The notes under the pieces: model-generated
Databases searched by the model: none
What the model was told of the DNA's origin: nothing
The model's input: only the letters and a program-made list of their open reading frames with translations
Made by a program: the position numbers and the translations under genes
Virus record (IMG/VR): IMGVR_UViG_3300008113_000126
Strand: one strand, 5' to 3'
DNA length: 20,000 nucleotides
Origin: an uncultured virus (IMG/VR IMGVR_UViG_3300008113_000126)
Lineage: Duplodnaviria > Heunggongvirae > Uroviricota > Caudoviricetes
Shown here: in pieces, positions 1-7,225 of the stretch
Layout: each line of letters starts with the position of its first letter
Position numbering within the stretch: the first letter of the stretch is position 1

Positions 1-1
1 A

Positions 2-178
2 ATAAATCTAATAGAAACTCTTACTTGGTTTCCGCACGGTACAACAATTGAAGAACAAGCTCACACAGAATTGAGACTTTTTTGGAAAGATTCTATTGAT
101 TTTCGGGTAATAAACAACGACTATCTAGGACCAACAGCTGAAGCAGTTGTAGAAATGTACAAAAATTTAATACCTTAA
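2..178 (+). CDS. 3' end of an upstream gene (partial), hypothetical protein
   Basis: Frame 2 is open from the window edge: INLIETLTWFPHGTTIEEQAHTELRLFWKDSIDFRVINNDYLGPTAEAVVEMYKNLIP, TAA at 176-178, followed immediately by a terminator hairpin. Confidence 0.7.
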   Translation: MNLIETLTWFPHGTTIEEQAHTELRLFWKDSIDFRVINNDYLGPTAEAVVEMYKNLIP

Positions 179-205
179 AGCCCCAAATATTTGGGGCTTT
201 TTTTT
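177..205 (+). terminator. Rho-independent terminator
   Basis: Perfect 24-bp palindrome AAAGCCCCAAAT/ATTTGGGGCTTT (177-200) running into a T-tract to 205, directly after a stop codon. Confidence 0.9.
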
Positions 206-208
206 GAC

Positions 209-215
209 ATAAATA
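209..215 (+). promoter_or_regulatory. T4-type late promoter (ATAAATA), 5 nt before ATG 221
   Basis: cATAAATA-tcttt-ATG; matches the gp55-dependent TATAAATA core; no Shine-Dalgarno. Confidence 0.75.
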
Positions 216-220
216 TCTTT

Positions 221-1444
221 ATGGCAAACATATTAAATAACTTCTTAAGCGATTTTGCAGGCGGTCTGTTCGGCGATACAGGATATCTCAAAGATTATAA
301 ACACGCCGCAAGATTATATCAAGACAATTACTATGGAATGTCTCCAAAAGCAGGATGGAGCTATTTTGTTGAGATTGGACTAAATCCTGCCCTACCTGAC
401 AAAGCACAATTTCCAGAAGTAAATGCTGATTGGTACAATAGAAGCAAGGGAAAATTAGGGTTACTAGCAAAAACTGTAGATTTACCTAGAGTATCTATTT
501 CTAACGAAGTTCTTAATTCATATAATAAAAAAACTATAGTACAAAACAAAGTTACATATAATCCCGTATCAATAACTTTCCACGACGATATGAATAATTT
601 TATCAGCAACCTGTGGAGTAATTATTATCAATATTACGTTGCTGATAGCAGATATACAGGAACATTGTCCGGATCAGTATATGGCAGGACTCTCGAACTT
701 CCAGCATCATACAAACCGGGAGCAGAATGGTCCGATCGAGCGTTTGCATACGGGCTTAATAACGGTCAAGACCTGCCGTTCCTATCTTTTGTAAGAATTT
801 TTTTATTAAACAGAAAACAGTACACATCAATATCTTTAATTAATCCTAAAATAGTTGACTATCAACCGGCCCAGCTAGATCAAAATAACGGGAACAAATT
901 AATGGATTCAAAATTTACGTTTGCGTACGAAACAGTTCATTATAATAATAACCATCTAGCTAATAAAGTTACTAAAACTAAACCTGGATTTAATGAAGAA
1001 CATTACGATAACACTCCTAGTCCTTTGTCTATATATGGTAAAGGTAAAAAAGGTTTACTTGGTATGGTAGAGGGTTCAGCTGATATTTTTGAAACATTAT
1101 CATCTCCTGAGCTATCTGTAGGAGATATAATTAAGGTTGCTGTAGGAACTAAAAATTTAGTTCAAAATGCAAAACAAATTACTGGAAAATCTGCGGCTAG
1201 CGAATTAAAAAGTATATTAGTTGGAACTATTGCAGGTGCCGCTGTAGGAAAAGGGGCCGCAGGCGAATATGCAAAAGATGTAATGCGTTCTCCTGTAGAT
1301 ATTAAATTATTTACGGAGCCGGTGCCTTTAAATACAGTCGCCGCAAATGGAGTTAGTCGGCCTGGCGAATTTAATAGTAAAGGTGATGTTGTAGATTATC
1401 AAGGAAGAGTATTAACTCCTGCTAAACAAAGTGATAAAAAATAA
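221..1444 (+). CDS. Tail-tube-fold baseplate/tail tube initiator or cap protein (T4 gp19/gp48/gp54-like)
   Basis: LLAKTVDLPRVSISNEVLNSYNKKTIVQNKVTYNPVSITFHDD and a later FTFAYE strand resemble the T4 tube-fold signature. Start placed at ATG 221 because the 191 TTG lies inside the terminator. Confidence 0.65.
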   Translation: MANILNNFLSDFAGGLFGDTGYLKDYKHAARLYQDNYYGMSPKAGWSYFVEIGLNPALPDKAQFPEVNADWYNRSKGKLGLLAKTVDLPRVSISNEVLNSYNKKTIVQNKVTYNPVSITFHDDMNNFISNLWSNYYQYYVADSRYTGTLSGSVYGRTLELPASYKPGAEWSDRAFAYGLNNGQDLPFLSFVRIFLLNRKQYTSISLINPKIVDYQPAQLDQNNGNKLMDSKFTFAYETVHYNNNHLANKVTKTKPGFNEEHYDNTPSPLSIYGKGKKGLLGMVEGSADIFETLSSPELSVGDIIKVAVGTKNLVQNAKQITGKSAASELKSILVGTIAGAAVGKGAAGEYAKDVMRSPVDIKLFTEPVPLNTVAANGVSRPGEFNSKGDVVDYQGRVLTPAKQSDKK

Positions 1445-1824
1445 TGCCCAATAAAATTTATACCAATATTCCTATAGAGAAAAAAAGTGATAGTGCAAAT
1501 TTCACTAAACAATATTTTGATGAATATTTTGATAAACCTATTCAAATTGATAACAATGCATTAATATTGTTTAAGGCCTATTTTGAAAAAAGAGGATTTG
1601 ATAAAGCTAGTGCAGAAACTATTTCTGCAGTTATTAATGTTCAAGCAAAACAAGAAGACCTTAATCCTATGGTTATTTTAGATACATTATCAGGCCTTGA
1701 TAATGTTGAAGTTAATGGAATAGTTACACAAATTCTTAATTATAACAGATTTAAATCTAGCTCCTTGGGCATATATGTAGCTCCTACTAATTCGGATGAG
1801 GCACATCGAAATATTTTGCCATGA
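1444..1824 (+). CDS. Hypothetical protein, probably virion/morphogenesis
   Basis: 126-aa ORF coupled by TAATG upstream and ATGA downstream within the late block. Confidence 0.75.
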   Translation: MPNKIYTNIPIEKKSDSANFTKQYFDEYFDKPIQIDNNALILFKAYFEKRGFDKASAETISAVINVQAKQEDLNPMVILDTLSGLDNVEVNGIVTQILNYNRFKSSSLGIYVAPTNSDEAHRNILP

Positions 1825-2264
1825 GTCTTAAATTTGCAAAAGATTTTTATACCGTTAAGAATCCGGAAAAATACATAGGGACTAAAACTCCTATGTATAG
1901 AAGTTCATGGGAATTAACGTTTATGCAATTTTGCGACCACAATCCTAGCGTACATCAATGGTCGAGTGAGAGTGTTAAAATTCCTTACAAAGATCCGTTA
2001 TCAGGAAGGAATACAGTTTATGTTCCTGATTTTTTGATTGTCTATTTAGATAAGCATCAAAAAAAACATGCAGAACTTATAGAAATAAAACCAGCCAATC
2101 AAACAATCCTTGAAAAAGTTGGGAAGAATCCTTACAATCAAGCCCAGTATGTTAAGAACATGGCCAAGTGGGCCGCAGCCAGTAATTGGTGTAAAAATAA
2201 CGGGTTAAAGTTTAGAGTTATAAACGAGAGCGATATTTTTCATAACGGCAAGAAGAAAAAATAA
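1821..2264 (+). CDS. Head completion nuclease (T4 gp4-like, TnsA N-terminal PD-(D/E)XK fold)
   Basis: NPEKYIG, YRSSWE, WSSE, YVPDF, IEIKP, KWAAA and FRVINE are the characteristic gp4 motifs. Confidence 0.9.
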   Translation: MSLKFAKDFYTVKNPEKYIGTKTPMYRSSWELTFMQFCDHNPSVHQWSSESVKIPYKDPLSGRNTVYVPDFLIVYLDKHQKKHAELIEIKPANQTILEKVGKNPYNQAQYVKNMAKWAAASNWCKNNGLKFRVINESDIFHNGKKKK

Positions 2265-2265
2265 T

Positions 2266-3441
2266 ATGTTGTTTATACATAAAACAGTTAGCCTTTGTGA
2301 TCATTGTTATGCTCACATCCCTGGCAATGTAATTGAAAATAATAATTTAATCAAATTAATTAAACGTTGTCCGGAACACGGAGAAATGACTTCTATAATT
2401 GAAATAGATAAAGAATTTTATTATTCTTTAAATCACGCTAAAATAGAATCTCGATTTAATAATATATTATTTGAAGCTAGCGATAAATGTCAACTTACGT
2501 GCCCACATTGTTATCACTTACCGGACAATCAAACTCAAGACAGACCAGTAGAAGAAATATTAGCACAAGTTAGTACCTTTCCTAGGCAAGTTCTGCCCAT
2601 GTTTGCAGGAGCTGAATCAACACTACGATCTGATTTTGTTGAAGTTTGTCAAAAAATAAGTGCCATGGGATATTCTCTTGATATTCTTACAAACGGTATA
2701 CGATTTGCTAATAAGGATTTTGCACTTTCATCATGGAACGCAGGACTTCGTCATGCTTGTATAGGATTAAATCATTGGTCTTATCAAGGAACCACAATAC
2801 ATAATAAACAACTTGCAGGAATAAGGAACTTACTAGATATAGGGTATACTATAGGATATATTGGATATACCATGGAAACTTTAGATCATGTACCTGACAT
2901 TCTTGAAGAAATTGAAACTATACGACACTCCAATATCTGGCATTATAGAATTCGGTGCGGCAGTTTTATAGGTCGTAGTTCTGATCAAGAACGTAGTTAC
3001 TTGAGCAACTTACTTAAACGAGTAGAAGAATATTACGGAAGCCCTGTAGAATATGTAGGGTCTGACGACAACCCTTACCATATTATGGTTAGGGCACCGA
3101 CGGGCGCGATTCTACGATTAATACAATGGCCTGATGTTACCAATATTGATATGGAAGAGCTTAATACCGGACCCTGGTGTCAATTTTATAACGGTCCAAT
3201 TACCAATTTTGTACATCAAGTTATAACAAGAGATGCGTATAAAAACATGAAACTGCCCCAAAAGGATACTGCCCCAAAACGATATCAATATAAACCTATC
3301 AACGAGACGGGTCACGATTATTGGAAGCACGGCTGGACAGGGCCAATAGAAGTAACAGAATTAGATTGGTCTTATATTGACCTCCCTAAAAAACAATTTG
3401 ACATTAAAATTGAATCAGAAAGAAGATTAATGGATAAGTAG
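2266..3441 (+). CDS. Radical SAM enzyme with N-terminal CxxC...CPEHG (rubredoxin-like) domain, Tes/GDGT-MAS (MJ0619)-like architecture
   Basis: CxxxCxxC motif CQLTCPHC (2488-2511), GGE-like AGAEST, ILTNGIR strand, and N-terminal SLCDHC...KRCPEHG. Confidence 0.85.
   Translation: MLFIHKTVSLCDHCYAHIPGNVIENNNLIKLIKRCPEHGEMTSIIEIDKEFYYSLNHAKIESRFNNILFEASDKCQLTCPHCYHLPDNQTQDRPVEEILAQVSTFPRQVLPMFAGAESTLRSDFVEVCQKISAMGYSLDILTNGIRFANKDFALSSWNAGLRHACIGLNHWSYQGTTIHNKQLAGIRNLLDIGYTIGYIGYTMETLDHVPDILEEIETIRHSNIWHYRIRCGSFIGRSSDQERSYLSNLLKRVEEYYGSPVEYVGSDDNPYHIMVRAPTGAILRLIQWPDVTNIDMEELNTGPWCQFYNGPITNFVHQVITRDAYKNMKLPQKDTAPKRYQYKPINETGHDYWKHGWTGPIEVTELDWSYIDLPKKQFDIKIESERRLMDK
3434..3440 (+). promoter_or_regulatory. 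Late promoter variant (ATAAGTA), 5 nt before ATG 3446
   Basis: ATAAGTA-gaaat-ATG: one mismatch to ATAAATA with the same spacing as three other sites; no SD. Confidence 0.55.
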
Positions 3442-3445
3442 AAAT

Positions 3446-3925
3446 ATGACAAAACGACTTGAAGAAATCCTTAATATTGAACCTACTGAAAAAGACGAAG
3501 TCAGAGTAGATCCTGTGGAAGTAAGTGTTCCTACCATTGATTTACAAGAAAAACTAGAAGAATTTGACAAAATTAGCGCCGCACTTCCTAGGGTTAAGGG
3601 GCTCGGCGATCTCAGCGACTCTGAACTAGATCAACTTGCAGGAAAAGCAGAAAAAGCCTATGATGATCTTATGGATTTAGGTATGCAGGTAGAGGCACGT
3701 TACAGTACTCGTATGTTTGAAGTAGCTGGGCAGATGCTACAGGCGGCAATTACAGCTAAAACTAATAAAATTGATAAAAAACTTAAAATGGTCGATCTAC
3801 AACTAAAGAAGCTGGCAATTGATAAAAAGCACGGTGCCGCAGGCGGCGAGCAAGTCGACGGTGAAGGTTACATACTTACAGATCGTAATAGTATTCTGGA
3901 AAAACTTAAAAATATGAATAAATAA
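3446..3925 (+). CDS. Probable terminase small subunit (gp16-like)
   Basis: 159-aa helical protein; RMFEVAGQML resembles the PRAYEVAGQL-type motif of T4-like gp16; lies upstream of TerL. Confidence 0.6.
   Translation: MTKRLEEILNIEPTEKDEVRVDPVEVSVPTIDLQEKLEEFDKISAALPRVKGLGDLSDSELDQLAGKAEKAYDDLMDLGMQVEARYSTRMFEVAGQMLQAAITAKTNKIDKKLKMVDLQLKKLAIDKKHGAAGGEQVDGEGYILTDRNSILEKLKNMNK
3918..3924 (+). promoter_or_regulatory. T4-type late promoter (ATAAATA)
   Basis: Overlaps the stop codon of the 3446 gene; ATG 3943 follows 18 nt later with a GGGA SD-like element. Confidence 0.65.
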
Positions 3926-3942
3926 TGCATCGGGAACCTATC

Positions 3943-4560
3943 ATGAAAACATTTAAAGAATATCTATCAGAGTCCAAAAAAACCTATAATTTTAGGATTA
4001 AGGTCGCTGATAACGATTTTGGTAAAGATCGAGAAACCGCACTAGAAAATTCACTAGCTAGATTTGCAATATCTTCTTTTAAGAAAACAGGCAAAACACC
4101 TATCCAACAATTACCATTAGATTTTCCACAGCTCAAGAATACAGAAGTTAATATCTACGAAGTAAACCTAGATTATCCAACAACACAATTTGAACTCAAA
4201 GAATATCTAGCTAGTGAACTTAAAGTTACTAGAGATCATATTGTAGTGCGTAGTCCAGATGAACCATACGAACAATACCAACAAGAAACTGAAAAGCGCG
4301 AGGGTGCGCTACTTTTAGATAACGAATATAAAGAAGCACCAGATGTAAATCCAGAAGATTACTACGGTGACAAATACAATTCAGGATTTGTGCAAGAATT
4401 AAATGCAATTCTTAAGTTACAAAGAAAAGAGCGAGGGGAAGTTATTCCTGAAGCATCTGATAGCAATACTGGCGCAACAGCAAAGGCCAAGTTTAACACG
4501 GACGCACCTCAAAATAATAAGAGTCCTGTAGTTCAAGCAGCCGACTTAAGGAAGAAATAA
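3943..4560 (+). CDS. Candidate prohead core/internal head protein with capsid-targeting-like N-terminus
   Basis: Starts MKTFKEYLSE, similar to T4 internal-protein targeting sequences (MKTYQEFIAE type). ATG 3943 preferred over 3925. Confidence 0.6.
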   Translation: MKTFKEYLSESKKTYNFRIKVADNDFGKDRETALENSLARFAISSFKKTGKTPIQQLPLDFPQLKNTEVNIYEVNLDYPTTQFELKEYLASELKVTRDHIVVRSPDEPYEQYQQETEKREGALLLDNEYKEAPDVNPEDYYGDKYNSGFVQELNAILKLQRKERGEVIPEASDSNTGATAKAKFNTDAPQNNKSPVVQAADLRKK

Positions 4561-4562
4561 TT

Positions 4563-5596
4563 ATGCAAATGATCAATGTATTACAGCGTCTAGCTGAATT
4601 AGATGGACAGAATCCAAACGTGGTTCCGGCCAAACCAAAAGTAAGTGCAGATGCTGCCGTCGAAGCAGTACAACGCACACTATCAGAAGAGTTAAGTGTA
4701 GAAAGTCTACGTTATCTTTCTGGTGTTAAAAATACGTTAGAAGAATGTGGTATGATGCCTAGTATGGAAAATATGATGCCAAGTGCTCCTACTATTCCGG
4801 CAAGTTTTAGTATTAATGCATCAGCATCCAGTGGCGACGAAGTTGCTAGTATGTTGACACAAATTATGAATCTAGCGGGTGTTAAGCCAGTTGGTTCTCA
4901 AGATATGCCTTTAGAACCAGGTGCACCTGATACGGGGGATGCATTAGCGTCTCGCGGTAACGGTAATGACGAAATGAAAAGAATGATTGACGTCATGAAT
5001 GAGCCAAGAGGCCCAGGTGACAATGCTCCACCAGATATGGATGGTCCAGAAGATGAAGGCATGTTAGGTACTATGGCAGGTGCTGGCATTGGTGCCGCGT
5101 TAGGTGGTCCTTTAGGTGCGGCAGTTGGCGGTGCAGCCGGTGATAGTATCACAGACCCAGAAGAAGAAAGTCTAGGTGAAGAGCCTCCCGTTGATATTGC
5201 AGGCGTGGGTGGTGGTTTAGCTGCCGCAGCCTTGTCTGGTGGCGATCCCGAAGAAATTGCCGCAGGTGTTGAAGCAGGACAAGAAGCAACTGAAGGCGAT
5301 CAAGTGTTAGTACCTGATGCAAAAGAAGACATGCGTAGATTGATGGATATGATCGGCGGTGGTCTTGACAATGCTCCAAACGATCCTAACAATATCCCAG
5401 ATTTTGATTCGAACAAAATGGCATATCAACCAAATGATGCTAACGTGGGTGACAGAATGGATGGTACTATGCCAAAAGGTTTTGCTGAAGATACAATGAC
5501 TCAAAAATTGTTTAATGATTATCAACAGTTTATGACTGAAGGCAGCAAAGTAGATCAAAACAAAGATGGCAAGAATGACTGGGAAGATGTAAAAAT
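4563..5596 (+). CDS. Acidic, Gly/Ala/Pro/Met-rich modular candidate internal head protein (3' end lost in gap)
   Basis: Low-complexity ORF with glycine-zipper segments, LRYLSG/IMNLAG motifs and DQNKDGKNDWED; runs into the N-run at 5597. Confidence 0.6.
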
Positions 5597-5651
5597 NNNN
5601 NNNNNNNNNNNNNNNNNNNNNNNNNNNNNNNNNNNNNNNNNNNNNNNNNNN
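5597..5651. other. Assembly/scaffold gap (55 N)
   Basis: Run of N between 5597 and 5651. Confidence 0.99.
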
Positions 5652-7214
5652 CTTGTTAAAAGAGCACATCAGACACAAAAGTGGACTGAGGATGATATTG
5701 CACATCTTCTTAAATGTCAAGATTTTGATACTGGACCAGATTACTTTATAAGAAACTTCTTTTATATACAACATCCAACCCAAGGTAAAATACAATACGA
5801 TCCGTTTAGCTATCAAGAAAATTTATTAGACAGTTATCACACTCATCGTTTTAGTGTAAACATGTTAGGACGACAAATGGGTAAAACTACCACTGCGGTA
5901 GGCTATTTGTTGTGGTATGCTATGTTTGTTCCTAACAGCACAATTCTTATTGCCGCCCACAAATATACAGGCGCACAGGAAATTATGCAACGTTTACGTT
6001 ATGCTTACGAACTTTGCCCTGATAGTATACGATGTGGAGTTACAAGTTACAACAAGCAAAGTATTGAATTTGATAACGGTTCTCGTATTATGGCGCAGAC
6101 AACTACAGAAACAACCGGTCGAGGTATGTCTGTATCTTTATTATACTGCGACGAGTTTGCCTATGTAGAGCCTAACATTGCTACAGAATTTTGGACTTCT
6201 ATTGCCCCTACATTATCCACAGGCGGTAAGGCAATTATTACAAGCACACCTAACAGTGACGAAGACCAATTTGCGTTAATTTGGAGTGAAGCTAGTAAAC
6301 GATTTGATGAATACGGTAATCAAACAGAACTAGGCCGTAACGGGTTTTATCCTTACATGGCAATCTGGAGCGAGCACCCAGACCGCGATGAAGTATGGGC
6401 TAACGAGATGAAGTCTCAGTTGGGCATTGAACGGTTTGAACGAGAACACGAATGTAAGTTCTTAATTTTTGACGAAACATTAATTAACTCTATTAGCCTT
6501 GCAAATTTAGAAGGAATCGAACCAAAAATGAAAATGGGGCAAGCCCGTTGGTATAAAAAAATTGATACATCCTGTACCTATATTGTTGCACTAGATCCCA
6601 GTTTAGGTACAGGGGGTGACCCGGCTGCTATTGAAATTATAGAATTGCCTAGTATGATACAAGTCTGTGAGTGGCAACATAATTCAACTCCTGTACAGGC
6701 ACAGGCAAGAATTTTAAGAGATTTATGTAAACATATAGACGAACAATTTGTCGCCGACGGGCTTAATACTTCTTTATATTATAGTGTTGAAAATAACACC
6801 GTCGGTGAAAGTGCCCTAGTTTCAATTAACGAATTAGGAGAAGAAACAATCCCTGGGTTATTTTTAAGCGAGCCAATAAAGAAAGGGCATGTTCGTAGAT
6901 TCCGCAAAGGATTTAATACAACACACTCTGCTAAATTGTCCGCCTGCGCCAAGTTAAAACAACTTGTAGAAACTAAAAAAATAGAAATTAATAGCAAACC
7001 GTTAATAAGTGAACTTAAAACATTTATTGCAAACGGAATAACATTTAAAGCAAAAACTGGGCAACACGACGATATGGTTTCTGCATTATTACTAGCAATT
7101 CGCATGATTATGATGCTACAAGACTGGGATCCGCATATCTATGATAAAATGCGAGATCATAGCGGCCTAGAAGAATACGATATGCCCTTGCCAATCTACA
7201 TTAATAGTTTTTAA
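5652..7214 (+). CDS. terL: Terminase large subunit (T4 gp17-like), start probably inside the gap
   Basis: YQ adenine-binding motif, Walker A GRQMGKTT, Walker B LLYCDEFA, coupling motif TSTPN, RNase H-like nuclease motifs ALDPSLG and HDDMV. Confidence 0.95.
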   Translation, partial: LVKRAHQTQKWTEDDIAHLLKCQDFDTGPDYFIRNFFYIQHPTQGKIQYDPFSYQENLLDSYHTHRFSVNMLGRQMGKTTTAVGYLLWYAMFVPNSTILIAAHKYTGAQEIMQRLRYAYELCPDSIRCGVTSYNKQSIEFDNGSRIMAQTTTETTGRGMSVSLLYCDEFAYVEPNIATEFWTSIAPTLSTGGKAIITSTPNSDEDQFALIWSEASKRFDEYGNQTELGRNGFYPYMAIWSEHPDRDEVWANEMKSQLGIERFEREHECKFLIFDETLINSISLANLEGIEPKMKMGQARWYKKIDTSCTYIVALDPSLGTGGDPAAIEIIELPSMIQVCEWQHNSTPVQAQARILRDLCKHIDEQFVADGLNTSLYYSVENNTVGESALVSINELGEETIPGLFLSEPIKKGHVRRFRKGFNTTHSAKLSACAKLKQLVETKKIEINSKPLISELKTFIANGITFKAKTGQHDDMVSALLLAIRMIMMLQDWDPHIYDKMRDHSGLEEYDMPLPIYINSF

Positions 7215-7220
7215 TAAATA
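7214..7220 (+). promoter_or_regulatory. T4-type late promoter (ATAAATA), 5 nt before ATG 7226
   Basis: ATAAATA-acact-ATG in an 11-nt intergenic gap; no SD. Confidence 0.75.
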
Positions 7221-7225
7221 ACACT

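Noticed and set aside
191..220. Upstream starts in the ORF track (191, 3925, 9630, 11708, 15575, 15970)
   Set aside because: They fall in terminators, promoters, leaders or upstream genes; downstream ATGs have better SD, promoter or coupling support.
204..236. TTGACA at 204-209 as a sigma70 -35
   Set aside because: No acceptable -10 at 16-18 bp spacing; it arises from the terminator T-tract joined to the late promoter.
1821..2264. TnsA/Tn7 transposase or homing endonuclease
   Set aside because: Motifs and context fit the gp4 head-completion family; no tnsB/C or transposon ends.
4563..7214. 883-aa terminase with a giant N-terminal extension
   Set aside because: The frame continues only through 55 N. 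The two sides differ in composition and the right side is a near-complete TerL, so a gap artefact is more likely. A real fusion cannot be excluded until the gap is closed.
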